Positions 9,433-18,999 of a DNA stretch of 64,000 nt are shown one piece after another. Numbering within the stretch: position 1 is the stretch's first letter; every line of letters starts with the position of its first letter. The DNA lies in the NCBI GenBank assembly GCA_902580765.1, contig CACHLW010000003.1:8168-72167 (forward strand), in the 5' to 3' direction. A program made the translations under genes and the position numbers. The notes under the pieces were generated by a model, which was not told the origin of the DNA, searched no databases, and worked only from the letters and a program-made list of their open reading frames with translations. The DNA is from an uncultured Alphaproteobacteria bacterium (GTDB lineage Bacteria; Pseudomonadota; Alphaproteobacteria; HIMB59; GCA-002718135).

Positions 9433-10461
9433 TTATATTTTTTTTGCTGTTGAAACTAAAATCTTAATTTTATTTCTAACAATATCAATTGGTACATGAC
9501 CAAACCCACACTCACTTGTTAGTAAAATTTTTTCTTTTGGAAAATATTCTAATGCTGGCTTAATAGCATTAATAATGTCCTCCTCTGTTTCTGTATTATC
9601 AATCCTTTGATCGATTACTCCAAGTGAGACTTTACCATCAAACTTCCAATCATTAAAAACATCTAACATTGTATAATGTAAACTACAGTGCTCTAAATGA
9701 ATTTCATCAACTTTTAAAATTTTAAATGCTTCAATCATATCTGTATATTTTCCAAAAAAACCTCTTTTCCTGTGAGCATTTCCACCACATACATGCAAAT
9801 TAAAATCTACATTAGGAAATTTTTCAATAATTCCGTTTAGTATTTCAGCAGCCCATTTTGTTTCATTTACATTTTCTGTCCAAACGGGTTCATCAAATTG
9901 AATATAATCACATCCTTCATGAACAACTTCTTCTAGCTCTCTTGTTAATGCATTCGCATAAGCTTTTGCAAGAGCAATATCATCTGGATAAAGGTCAGGT
10001 CTTTCATTTACACTAAATCTTGCTAGCATATGAGGGCCAGTTATTGTTTGTTTCACTCTCACGTTTGAAGGAGTATTATCCCTCGCTACCCTCCATTTTT
10101 TGGCCAAACCAGTTTTCAAATTTTTAATTTCATCTTTTACAACTGCGCACTCAATTCCAAAACCTTTTGTTCCATGAGTCTTACTTAAATCCACACCTTT
10201 CATTGAACCACCAAGTGTGAAATCTTTACGAATTTTATTTATAGCATCTACCCCATCCAGTCGTAATTGGTAGAACCAATACATATTTTCTCTGTATCCT
10301 TCACCATCAGTAATTATATCTAGACCAAGATCAGACTGTTCTTTAACTGCCCATTTAATCATTTCAAAAGACTCTTCTTCAGAAACACTTGGTTTGCGAA
10401 GTGTATCTTTTTGTACTTCTTTCCTTGGATAACTACCTGTGACTGTTGTTGTGTAACTCAT
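9433..10461 (-). CDS. Single-barrel (core) MetE-like cobalamin-independent methyltransferase family protein
   Basis: 342 aa, about the size of the C-terminal catalytic barrel of MetE. Starts TTVTGSYPRK. Zn-ligand-like HVCGG and SECGFG motifs are retained. Confidence 0.7.
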   Translation of the reverse strand: MSYTTTVTGSYPRKEVQKDTLRKPSVSEEESFEMIKWAVKEQSDLGLDIITDGEGYRENMYWFYQLRLDGVDAINKIRKDFTLGGSMKGVDLSKTHGTKGFGIECAVVKDEIKNLKTGLAKKWRVARDNTPSNVRVKQTITGPHMLARFSVNERPDLYPDDIALAKAYANALTRELEEVVHEGCDYIQFDEPVWTENVNETKWAAEILNGIIEKFPNVDFNLHVCGGNAHRKRGFFGKYTDMIEAFKILKVDEIHLEHCSLHYTMLDVFNDWKFDGKVSLGVIDQRIDNTETEEDIINAIKPALEYFPKEKILLTSECGFGHVPIDIVRNKIKILVSTAKKI

Positions 10462-10464
10462 ATA

Positions 10465-11430
10465 TCAATTACTTTCTCTTACATCTTGTATAAGACTTTT
10501 AACACCTTCTTCAAAGGACCTTGGATTAAAATCTATTTCTTTTCGAATTCTTTCATCATTTTGATCATCAATTAGGGGTGTTGATTTTACATTTTCATCA
10601 AAATAGATTTCTGCATCTGGAATTATTTTTTTAACAGTTGCTTCTAATTGACTACCATCTAAAGTTTCAGCACCTGTATTAAAGCAAGAATAGTTTAGAG
10701 TTTCTTTTAATGCTAAACGAACAAGTTGCTCTGCACAATCATCTACATAAATCCAATTGTCTCTATTTTTTTTCGAAAATGGTAAATGTGCTGCTTGTCC
10801 CAAAGCAGGTTTAGCTGCAAAATCTTCAGCCCAGTTTATTGCAGTATTTTGCCTTCCATAACCAAAGACAACTGATGGTCTAGTATACGCAATACTACAT
10901 CCATGCTTCTTGATATATTTTTCAGCCATAAACTCATTAAGAAGTTTCATCACACCATATGTATAAAAGTGATTATTAATACCTGAGTAATCTTCTTCTG
11001 TAACGGCTCTGTTTCCAAAAAATTCTTGATGAGCACCATAAACAGTTTCGCTACTTGCGAATACTAATCGTCTAATATTATACTTCACAATCATTTCAAA
11101 TATTGAAGTAGTACCAACAATATTTATTTTACTTGCAAGTAATGGATTTTCTTCGCATATAGTTCCTATTCCATACGCTAAATTAATAACTGAATCTATT
11201 TTGTTATTTTGAAAAATATTTTCAATTTCTTTATAATTGGTAATATCTAATTTTTGATATTTTACTTTGTCTTTATTTTTCCCAATTTTTAATATGTTAC
11301 TTTCAAGTTTGTCTTTATTTTTTACAATATCTAGATCTGTCACTAAAACATCAATATCTTTTTTTAGTAATTGCAAAACAACCTTAGATCCAATAAATCC
11401 TAAACCACCTGTAACTAAAACAGTCATCAA
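10465..11430 (-). CDS. NAD-dependent epimerase/dehydratase (extended SDR)
   Basis: 321 aa. VLVTGGLGFIGS Rossmann motif and YTYGVMK (Y-x-x-x-K). Confidence 0.75.
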   Translation of the reverse strand: MMTVLVTGGLGFIGSKVVLQLLKKDIDVLVTDLDIVKNKDKLESNILKIGKNKDKVKYQKLDITNYKEIENIFQNNKIDSVINLAYGIGTICEENPLLASKINIVGTTSIFEMIVKYNIRRLVFASSETVYGAHQEFFGNRAVTEEDYSGINNHFYTYGVMKLLNEFMAEKYIKKHGCSIAYTRPSVVFGYGRQNTAINWAEDFAAKPALGQAAHLPFSKKNRDNWIYVDDCAEQLVRLALKETLNYSCFNTGAETLDGSQLEATVKKIIPDAEIYFDENVKSTPLIDDQNDERIRKEIDFNPRSFEEGVKSLIQDVRESN

Positions 11431-11760
11431 TTAATCCATAAAAAAAATTTGATCCATCATAACCCAGGATTCATTGTCATCATTATTTGGGAAAGGATTA
11501 AAGCAATCTATCATTAGTTTAGTCCATTTATCTACAATTGGTATTTGTTGCATCTTTCCCATATCGCCATCAAAATCATTCCCTGTGTATTCCAGATATC
11601 CAAACATAAAATCTTCTTTTAAGAAGATACTATAATTTTGAACATTAATTTTTTTTAACTCTTCTAAAACTTCAGGCCAAACATTTGCATGATTGTCAAT
11701 ATAATATTGTCTTTTCTCATCTTTTAGCCTGACAGCCATTCCATATCTTTGTATAGCCAT
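11431..11760 (-). CDS. rhaM: L-rhamnose mutarotase family protein
   Basis: 109 aa. RYGMAVRLKDEKRQYYIDNHANVWPEVLEEL...NYSIF is characteristic of the RhaM/DUF718 family. Confidence 0.8.
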   Translation of the reverse strand: MAIQRYGMAVRLKDEKRQYYIDNHANVWPEVLEELKKINVQNYSIFLKEDFMFGYLEYTGNDFDGDMGKMQQIPIVDKWTKLMIDCFNPFPNNDDNESWVMMDQIFFMD

Positions 11761-11908
11761 ACAACCTCCTTAAATTTTTATTAACTTAACACAGAACTTA
11801 CAATGAAATGAAACAAAATCATTAGTTATTCATAATTTTTTCTGATCTAAATTTTTATTACTGTATGATTTATTGCTTTTTTAAAAAATTTAGTTAGAAA
11901 TATTTCCT

Positions 11909-12994
11909 ATGGAAAAAATTAGTACTGATGATATTGCAAATTTAAATACTGTTTGGGAGCTTCCAAAAAATAAAAAACCAATTGTAATCATTGGTGCAGG
12001 TGGAATAGTAAGCGATGCTCATTTACCAGCTTATAAAAAAGCAAACTTTACTGTTAAGGGTATTTATGACCCTGATATAGAAAAAGCAAAAAAGTGTTCT
12101 GAAAATTATTCTATAGAAAAGATTTACTCTAGTGAAGAAGAAGCATTAGCAGAAAAAGATGTAGTATTTGATATTGCTGTTCCTCCTCAAGTACTTTTGA
12201 GTATAGTTGAAAAGATCCCAGCTGAGTCCGTCTGTCAATTACAAAAACCAATGGGTAATAGCATGGAGGAGGCTAAAAAAATAAGGGATATTATTCATGA
12301 AAAAAAAATTACTGCTTGCGTAAATCTTCAATTAAAATTCAGCCCTATGATGATTGCTTTAAAAGAAGCAATAGATAAAAAAATGTTAGGTAAACTAACT
12401 GAATTAGAAATAAGTTTAAGCGTTGGAACGCCTTGGCATCTATGGCCTTTTTTAGAAACATTAGATAACGTTGAAGTACCTCTTCATTCAATTCATTATT
12501 TGGATTGGATACGATCAGTTCTTGGGAATCCAACTAGTGTACATTGTAAATCAGTAAAACATCCTAATTTACCAAACTTAGCCGATGCTAGATCAAGTAT
12601 AATCCTACAATATGAAGACGACGTAAGATGTTGTTTATCTATAAATCATACACATGATAATTCTTCACATGGAATGAAACATTCACATGCGTATGCTAGG
12701 GTAGAGGGCTTAGATGGTGCAGCATATATAAAATTTGGATTACTTCTTAATTATCCAAACGGCGAACCGGAAGAGATTGAAATTTCTACAAAAGGTAATG
12801 ACTGGACTAAAGTAAAGAATGTAGGTACTTGGTTTCCGGACGCATTTATAGGCACTATGTCCAGCTTACAAAGATATGAATCAGGAGAAGAAGCTGAATT
12901 AATTCATTCAGTAGATAATGCTTATAATACAATGGCTTTAGTTTATGCCTGTCTTGAGTCTAATTCTCAACCTGGGACAATAGTTCACTATTAG
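11909..12994 (+). CDS. Gfo/Idh/MocA family oxidoreductase (candidate sugar 1-dehydrogenase)
   Basis: 361 aa. N-terminal VIIGAGGIVSDAHLPAY Rossmann region. First gene of the ABC operon. Confidence 0.7.
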   Translation: MEKISTDDIANLNTVWELPKNKKPIVIIGAGGIVSDAHLPAYKKANFTVKGIYDPDIEKAKKCSENYSIEKIYSSEEEALAEKDVVFDIAVPPQVLLSIVEKIPAESVCQLQKPMGNSMEEAKKIRDIIHEKKITACVNLQLKFSPMMIALKEAIDKKMLGKLTELEISLSVGTPWHLWPFLETLDNVEVPLHSIHYLDWIRSVLGNPTSVHCKSVKHPNLPNLADARSSIILQYEDDVRCCLSINHTHDNSSHGMKHSHAYARVEGLDGAAYIKFGLLLNYPNGEPEEIEISTKGNDWTKVKNVGTWFPDAFIGTMSSLQRYESGEEAELIHSVDNAYNTMALVYACLESNSQPGTIVHY

Positions 12995-13071
12995 TGTAAT
13001 TTTTTTCTAAAGTTATTGTATTTTTTTCAAATAATTGCATCATAGTCTCATAAATTAACAAATATGGAGGA

Positions 13072-14400
13072 ATGATGTTAAGATTATTTTTATCATTGAT
13101 TCTTGCCGTATCTTTCTTTGGTTCATTTTCAGCAAAAGCAGAAACTGAGTTATGGGGAGATTATTCTGGTGTAACTCTAAGAGTTAAACTTATCGGCGGA
13201 GGTCAATACGAAGGTTTATACAATGAAGTAATTCCATGGTGGGAAGAAAACACAGGCGGAAAAATTGAAATCGTAACACAAAAAAATCACTTTGAATTAG
13301 ATAAAGAGATTAAGAAAGATATTGCTTCAGGCAATTTAGATTTTTGTGTAGCTTCAAACCACACAAGTTTTGCATCTCAGTATGGCGATATTTACACAGA
13401 CTTGAATAATATTATGCCTGCATCTGTTTTAGCTGACTACACTCCATTAATATTAGAGCATTCTACTGTTAATGGAAGATTAGTTCAAATGCCTAGACAC
13501 AGTGATGTAAGTAATTTGTATTATCAAAAAAGTTTATATGAAGATGCTGATAACAAAGCTAATTTTAAAGCAAAGTACGGCTATGATTTAACACCGCCTG
13601 AAACTTGGGATCAAGTTAAGGATCAGGCTATCTTTTTCTCAAACCCACCTGATTTCTACGGAACTCAATATGTTGGTAAAGAAGAAGCGATAGCAGGTCG
13701 TTTCTATGAGCTAGTAATTGCAAATGGTGGAGCATTATTTGATGAAGATTATCGTCCAATATTCAATTCTCCTGCAGGTGTTGAAGCTCTTCAATGGTTC
13801 ATTGATTTGTATAATGCAAAAGCAGTTCCTGATGGTGTTTTAAACTATCTTTGGGATGACACTGGATTAGGTTTTGCAAGTGGAACAATTGCTATGAATC
13901 TTGACTGGGCAGGATGGGCAGGTTTCTTTAATGATCCAGAAAACTCAAAAGTTGCTGGAGATATTGGACTTGTACGTGCTCCAATGGGTTCTGGTGGTTT
14001 AAGAACTGGTTGGTCAGGATCACACTCTTTCTCAATGACTGAGTCATGTCCGGATAAAGAAGCAGCTGCATCTTTCTTATGGGCTTTAACAAGTAATAAA
14101 GCACAAATGATTGAAGCAAGAGGTGGACTATCACCAACTCGTCCAGCTATTTGGGATGCAATCATTGCTGAGAAGAAAGCTGAAGGTGATGAGTTTATGT
14201 TAATGGTATTTGAAACTTTTAAAATGTCATTAGCAGAAGATGCATTCACTCCACCACTAATTCCTGAGTGGATTGAATTTACTAACGCTCTATATCCAGA
14301 ACTTCAAGCAGCTATTCTTGGGGACAAATCTCCTGAAGATGCGCTAGCTACTGCTTCTAAGAAAGCAACTGAAATTATGGAAGACGCTGGTTACTTCTAA
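13072..14400 (+). CDS. CUT1-type ABC sugar substrate-binding protein (Sec signal)
   Basis: 442 aa. Signal peptide ends FSAKA-ETE. SBP_bac_1-like. Ala/Gly/Asp/Trp-rich composition unlike its neighbours. Confidence 0.85.
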   Translation: MMLRLFLSLILAVSFFGSFSAKAETELWGDYSGVTLRVKLIGGGQYEGLYNEVIPWWEENTGGKIEIVTQKNHFELDKEIKKDIASGNLDFCVASNHTSFASQYGDIYTDLNNIMPASVLADYTPLILEHSTVNGRLVQMPRHSDVSNLYYQKSLYEDADNKANFKAKYGYDLTPPETWDQVKDQAIFFSNPPDFYGTQYVGKEEAIAGRFYELVIANGGALFDEDYRPIFNSPAGVEALQWFIDLYNAKAVPDGVLNYLWDDTGLGFASGTIAMNLDWAGWAGFFNDPENSKVAGDIGLVRAPMGSGGLRTGWSGSHSFSMTESCPDKEAAASFLWALTSNKAQMIEARGGLSPTRPAIWDAIIAEKKAEGDEFMLMVFETFKMSLAEDAFTPPLIPEWIEFTNALYPELQAAILGDKSPEDALATASKKATEIMEDAGYF

Positions 14401-14413
14401 CAATTAATATAAT

Positions 14414-14440
14414 ACCTAGCTCTATCAATTAGAGCTAGGT
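14414..14440 (+). terminator. Intra-operon hairpin after SBP gene (attenuator/stabiliser)
   Basis: acctagctct-atcaatt-agagctaggt forms a perfect 10-bp stem, with only a short T tract after it. Confidence 0.4.
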
Positions 14441-14453
14441 TTCCAAATCTATC

Positions 14454-15341
14454 ATGAGAAAATTTTTAAACGGACCATGGGTTTTACTAATGCCCACTTT
14501 AATAATTCTTACTTGTGTTGTTTTATTACCTTTGCTCCTATCCTTATGGACAAGTTTTACACCTTTTAAGTTAACAAAACCCGATACTCTCTATCGTTTT
14601 GTTGGATTTAGAAATTACGAAAGACTAATTGGAGATCTTGATTTTTGGATAGCTTTTGGAAGAACAGTTTTATTTTTAGCTATTGCTCTTAATTTAGAAT
14701 TAGTCTTTGGTCTTGGAATAGCACTTTTAATAAATAAAATTACCTACGGACAAAGAACATTGAGAACACTAATGATGTTTCCAATGATGTTTTCTCCAAT
14801 TCTAGTAGGATTTCAATGGAAGTATATTTTTAATGACAATATTGGTTTAATGAATAATTTTTTGAGAGAGTTTGGAGTCATACAACCAATACCATGGCTT
14901 GTTGATGGAATTTTAGCAAACGTTTCAATAATGGCAGCTGAAATATGGTCAAGTACTTCAGTATTTGCTATTTTATTATTAGCAGGTTTATTGGGCATAC
15001 CTAAAGATCCGATTGAGGCTGCCAAAGTTGACGGGTGCAACTCATGGCAAGTATTTAAAAATATTACATTACCTTTTTTGATGCCATTTGTATTTATTGC
15101 GATGACGATTAGATCATTAGATGTTGCAAGAGCTTATGATATTGTTCAGATGATGACCGGTGGTGGTCCTGCCAAAAGAACAGAATTACTTTGGACTTTA
15201 ATTTCGAGAACTGGATACGTAGATGCTAAGATGGGAATGGCTAATGCAATGTCATATATTTCAATTTTTCTTTCAATTGCATTCACTTTTTTCTTTTTTT
15301 ATAAATTAGTAGAAGCAAGGCAGAGGTTAAGTTATGAATAA
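14454..15341 (+). CDS. CUT1 ABC permease (MalF/UgpA-like)
   Basis: 295 aa, 6 TM. EAA-loop region EAAKVDGCNSWQVFKNITLP. Confidence 0.85.
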   Translation: MRKFLNGPWVLLMPTLIILTCVVLLPLLLSLWTSFTPFKLTKPDTLYRFVGFRNYERLIGDLDFWIAFGRTVLFLAIALNLELVFGLGIALLINKITYGQRTLRTLMMFPMMFSPILVGFQWKYIFNDNIGLMNNFLREFGVIQPIPWLVDGILANVSIMAAEIWSSTSVFAILLLAGLLGIPKDPIEAAKVDGCNSWQVFKNITLPFLMPFVFIAMTIRSLDVARAYDIVQMMTGGGPAKRTELLWTLISRTGYVDAKMGMANAMSYISIFLSIAFTFFFFYKLVEARQRLSYE

Positions 15342-16194
15342 AAAACAAATCAATAATATTCTAATTTGGTTTTCTGCTATTATTTTAATAATTCTAATTA
15401 TGACTCCTGGTTTATGGGTAGTGCTTACAGCATTTAGACCTCAAGTAGATGTTATGGCAAAACCTGCTGTTTGGATACCGCGTAATTTAAACTTAATACA
15501 ATTTGAAACTATGCTCTTTGGTGGTTCCGAGGGATCAATGGGTAGAAGTCCTATACCTGTTCTAAGTTATTTACGAAATTCACTTATAATTTCTTTTACA
15601 AGTACATTTATAGCAGTCTTAGTGGGTACAATTGGAGGATATGGTTTTGCGAGACATAATTTTAAGCACAAAAATAAATATTTTTTATTAATCATGTTAA
15701 CTAGAACAATTCCTGGCATATCTTTAAGTTTACCAATCTTTATTATTTTTTCAAAAATTGGTTTAATCGATACGCATATTGGGATTATACTAGTTTTTGT
15801 TGCTTTAAATATTCCATTTACAATTTGGTTAACTGATGGTTTTTTTAGACAAATTCCAAGAGCTATGTCAGAAGTAGCGATGACTGATGGTTGTACTAAA
15901 CTACAAGCATTTTGGCATATTGAATTACCACTATCTAGATCAGGAATAGCATCTGCTGGTATTTTTGCATTTTTAATTTCATGGAATGAATATGCATTAG
16001 TTTCAAATCTAGCAAGAAGTACAGATTCAAAAACATTAACAGTTGGACTCATGGATTTCACTGCGCAATTTACAATAAATTGGCCTGGCATGTGCGCTCT
16101 CGCAGTCTTTATAATTATTCCAGCACTAATCTTAACCTTTATGGTTCAAAAGCATTTAGTAACAGGATTAACATTTGGAGGAGTAAAAGGATAA
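15334..16194 (+). CDS. CUT1 ABC permease (MalG/UgpE-like)
   Basis: 286 aa, 6 TM. EAA-like loop EVAMTDGCTKLQAFWHIELP. 8-nt overlap with the upstream permease. Confidence 0.85.
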   Translation: MNKKQINNILIWFSAIILIILIMTPGLWVVLTAFRPQVDVMAKPAVWIPRNLNLIQFETMLFGGSEGSMGRSPIPVLSYLRNSLIISFTSTFIAVLVGTIGGYGFARHNFKHKNKYFLLIMLTRTIPGISLSLPIFIIFSKIGLIDTHIGIILVFVALNIPFTIWLTDGFFRQIPRAMSEVAMTDGCTKLQAFWHIELPLSRSGIASAGIFAFLISWNEYALVSNLARSTDSKTLTVGLMDFTAQFTINWPGMCALAVFIIIPALILTFMVQKHLVTGLTFGGVKG

Positions 16195-17288
16195 TGGCAA
16201 AAGTAAGCTTACAAGGTGTCTCAAAATTTTACGGAAAAGTTCAAGCAGTAAAAAAAATTGATCTAGAAATTATTGATAAAGAATTCTTGGTTCTAGTTGG
16301 ACCATCGGGTTGTGGAAAATCATCTTCTCTAAGAATGATTGCAGGATTAGAGGAAATAGACGAGGGTGTTATTAAAATTGGTGACAAAGAAATGAATAAT
16401 CTAGAACCTAGAGAAAGAAATGTTTCGATGGTGTTTCAAAACTATGCTCTTTATCCTCATATGACAGTAGAAGAAAACTTAGGATTTTCATTAAAGATCG
16501 CAGGACTTGCTAAAAAAGAAATTGAAGAAAGAGTACATGAGGCTGCAGGAATTTTAGATATAACTGAATTTTTACAAAGAAAACCATCGCAATTATCAGG
16601 TGGTCAAAGACAAAGAGTTGCAATGGGAAGAGCAATTGTAAGAAGACCAGATGTTTTTTTATTTGATGAACCTCTATCTAATTTAGATGCAAAGTTAAGA
16701 AATCAAATGAGGACAGAAATTAAAAGATTACATCAAAAAGTATCAACAACAATTGTCTACGTTACGCACGATCAAGTTGAAGCAATGACTTTAGCTGATC
16801 GAATTGTAATTATGAAAGATGGTATAATAGAACAAATAGGAACACCATTAGATCTATTTGAGAGACCGGCTACAAAATTTGTAGCCACTTTTATTGGATC
16901 TCCTTCCATGAATATGATCAAAGCTTCAATAATAAAGCATAATGATCAACTATCTATGAAAACAAATGATGGAATTATAGTGCCAGTACCCAAAGATAAG
17001 CAAAATTCTATAAGTGAAGGTCAAAATATTTCTTTTGGATTTAGAGCTGAAGATATAGTGCCACTAAAATTTGGACAAAAACCATCTAGTGCTTGGGAAA
17101 TGCAATCATCGGTTAATCTAGCAGAACCACTTGGAACAGAAACTTTGATTTTTACAAACTTTGGCGAAATAGAAATAGTTAGTAGAATGTTTACACCCGA
17201 ACAAGTTAAATCAAATGATAATTTAAATTTTGCATTAAATTTAGATAGAACATATTTATTTGATGAGAAGAGTGGCTTAGCTATATGA
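16194..17288 (+). CDS. MalK/UgpC/MsiK-type ABC ATPase with C-terminal regulatory (TOBE-like) domain
   Basis: Walker A GPSGCGKSS, signature LSGGQRQR and Walker B FLFDEPLS. Start reassigned to the ATG in the TAATG overlap (MAKVSLQGV...) rather than the track start at 16080. Confidence 0.9.
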   Translation: MAKVSLQGVSKFYGKVQAVKKIDLEIIDKEFLVLVGPSGCGKSSSLRMIAGLEEIDEGVIKIGDKEMNNLEPRERNVSMVFQNYALYPHMTVEENLGFSLKIAGLAKKEIEERVHEAAGILDITEFLQRKPSQLSGGQRQRVAMGRAIVRRPDVFLFDEPLSNLDAKLRNQMRTEIKRLHQKVSTTIVYVTHDQVEAMTLADRIVIMKDGIIEQIGTPLDLFERPATKFVATFIGSPSMNMIKASIIKHNDQLSMKTNDGIIVPVPKDKQNSISEGQNISFGFRAEDIVPLKFGQKPSSAWEMQSSVNLAEPLGTETLIFTNFGEIEIVSRMFTPEQVKSNDNLNFALNLDRTYLFDEKSGLAI

Positions 17289-17941
17289 CAAGTTCTACCG
17301 AAATATCAGATAGATTATCAAAATGTTTTAGTAGTGTTATCCATGATGTCATGAGAGATGATGGATTTAAAAATTTTGTTTTAAATCCAAATATTAAACC
17401 TAATAAAGAAAAACACAAAATCGCAGGGCAAATTTTTACTATTGAAGGGGAATCAAATACTAGTTTCTCTCATCACGAAACACTCCTTGCTTGGACTGGT
17501 CTTTTATCTAAGGCTCCATCAGATAAAGTTCTCATCTGTCAACCAAATGATAATAATATAGCTTTAATGGGTGAGTTGAGTGCCGAAACTTTACAAAAGA
17601 AAAATATTAGAGGCTACATTGCTGATGGCGGGTGTAGAGATTTAGAATTTATAAACAAAATCGATTTTCCTGTTTGGTCAAAATTTTATACGCCTAAAGA
17701 TGTTGTTGCTTATTGGAAGCCTACTAAATTTGAAGAAATTATTAAAATTGGAGATGTGGAGATACATAACGGTGATTATGCAATGGCAGATATTGATGGT
17801 GTTGTTATTATTCCCCAAGATAAAGTAATAGATATTTTGGAAAAATCAGAAAAATTAATTAATACTGAAAGTCAAGTTAGAAAAGCTATAAGAGAAGGAA
17901 TGGATCCACAAGAAGCATATATTAAGTATAGCGTTTTTTAA
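17285..17941 (+). CDS. RraA-like / HMG-CHA aldolase family protein
   Basis: 218 aa. GELSAETLQKKNIRGYIADGGCRD matches the RraA/class II oxaloacetate decarboxylase-aldolase fold signature. ATGA overlap with the ATPase. Confidence 0.7.
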   Translation: MTSSTEISDRLSKCFSSVIHDVMRDDGFKNFVLNPNIKPNKEKHKIAGQIFTIEGESNTSFSHHETLLAWTGLLSKAPSDKVLICQPNDNNIALMGELSAETLQKKNIRGYIADGGCRDLEFINKIDFPVWSKFYTPKDVVAYWKPTKFEEIIKIGDVEIHNGDYAMADIDGVVIIPQDKVIDILEKSEKLINTESQVRKAIREGMDPQEAYIKYSVF

Positions 17942-18387
17942 GTAATTTTTCTTTCAACTAAAAGTATATGTTCAGAATAACAAACACATTTGTCATTTTG
18001 ATTTAAAATTTCACACGCCTCATTAACTTGTCCGTATTGAGGTCTTTTTGGATCATCTTTTTTTTCTTTAATTGTAACCTTAGTGTGAATTGTATCTCCA
18101 ATAAAAACTGGATTTGGAAAACGAAGTCTTTCAAATCCATAGGTGAAAGCTCGCTTATTAACTATTGAAGCTGTAAGTGCGATACCTATCGAAAAAGTAC
18201 AACTAAATTGTGCTATCCGTTGACCAAATGGACCCTTTTTAGCAAACTCTGCATCAGTATGATGGGGGTAAAAGTCACCAGAGTGCATAGCGTGCATTAC
18301 AATATCAGTTTCAGTGATGGTTCTACCAACAGTGACTCTTTCCGCACCTAGTTCATAGTCTTCGAAGAATTGTTCTATTTCTACCAT
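17938..18387 (-). CDS. MaoC-like (R)-hydratase/dehydratase hotdog protein
   Basis: 149 aa. Hotdog motif HTDAEFAK...[16 protein letters not shown]. Confidence 0.75.
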   Translation of the reverse strand: MVEIEQFFEDYELGAERVTVGRTITETDIVMHAMHSGDFYPHHTDAEFAKKGPFGQRIAQFSCTFSIGIALTASIVNKRAFTYGFERLRFPNPVFIGDTIHTKVTIKEKKDDPKRPQYGQVNEACEILNQNDKCVCYSEHILLVERKIT

Positions 18388-18435
18388 TTCTATTGAATAA
18401 ATATTTCTCTATAATAAGGTAGCACAATTGTAAAA

Positions 18436-18999
18436 ATGAATAAAGATAATAAATTTGAAAACACGGTTGGAATTGAGTCAACCTTTCCAAAAGATATGCC
18501 CAATGAACATGGAGAAATTCCAGTATGGAATTCTGAAAACTGGTTTTATGAAGATGTTATTGTCAGTCATAAAATTAGATCTCTTCGCCGAACAATATCT
18601 GAAGGAGAGGCCATGCAATTTAATTGTATGGTTTTAGATATGCATCCATATGTAGGCGACGAACATTTTGCCAAAAATGAAGGTATGTTCCAAAAAAGAT
18701 TAGTAGCAGGAGCAATGGTTTTTTCTTATGGGTTAGGTTTAGTTGCAACTAACTGTGTTAACTCTTTTAGTTATGGATATGACCGTTTAAGATTCATCAA
18801 ACCAGTTTTTATTGGAGATACAATTTATACAATCAGAACTAATATGGAAAAAAAACCAAAATATGAAAAAATGGGTTTAGTTAGAACCAGTTACGAAGTT
18901 TTTAAAGGTGAAGGCGAAATCGTTCTATATTGTGAGCACCTACATTCAGTTTTATATAAAAAACCAGAAGACTTTAAAGATAAATACGAAAAAAAATGA
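18436..18999 (+). CDS. MaoC-like hotdog protein (paralog of 17938-18387)
   Basis: 187 aa. [16 protein letters not shown] parallels the divergently encoded paralog. Confidence 0.7.
   Translation: MNKDNKFENTVGIESTFPKDMPNEHGEIPVWNSENWFYEDVIVSHKIRSLRRTISEGEAMQFNCMVLDMHPYVGDEHFAKNEGMFQKRLVAGAMVFSYGLGLVATNCVNSFSYGYDRLRFIKPVFIGDTIYTIRTNMEKKPKYEKMGLVRTSYEVFKGEGEIVLYCEHLHSVLYKKPEDFKDKYEKK

Noticed and set aside
13845-14249. 134-aa and 69-aa antisense ORFs inside the 13072 SBP gene. Similar cases are at 22998-23348, 44005-44337, 40619-40921, 25316-25570, 26042-26299 and 35557-35799.
   Set aside because: All are embedded antisense in the GC-richer, confidently assigned genes, where stop codons are rarer by chance. 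No independent signals support them.
15567-16091. 174-aa ORF antisense to the second CUT1 permease gene, long for an AT-rich genome
   Set aside because: It lies entirely inside a well-supported permease gene on the opposite strand. It has no SD or start context, and its composition mirrors the hydrophobic codons of the sense gene. It is a shadow ORF.
16080-16193. N-terminal extensions proposed by the ORF track (16080, 24416, 31524, 42532, 51664, 54646, 60460, plus TTG/GTG starts at 27859, 37661 and 8575)
   Set aside because: The extensions overlap the 3' end of the upstream gene and translate to low-complexity or hydrophobic out-of-frame readings of it. In each case an internal ATG sits in a TAATG or ATGA coupling, or behind a clear SD, and yields the family-typical N-terminus.
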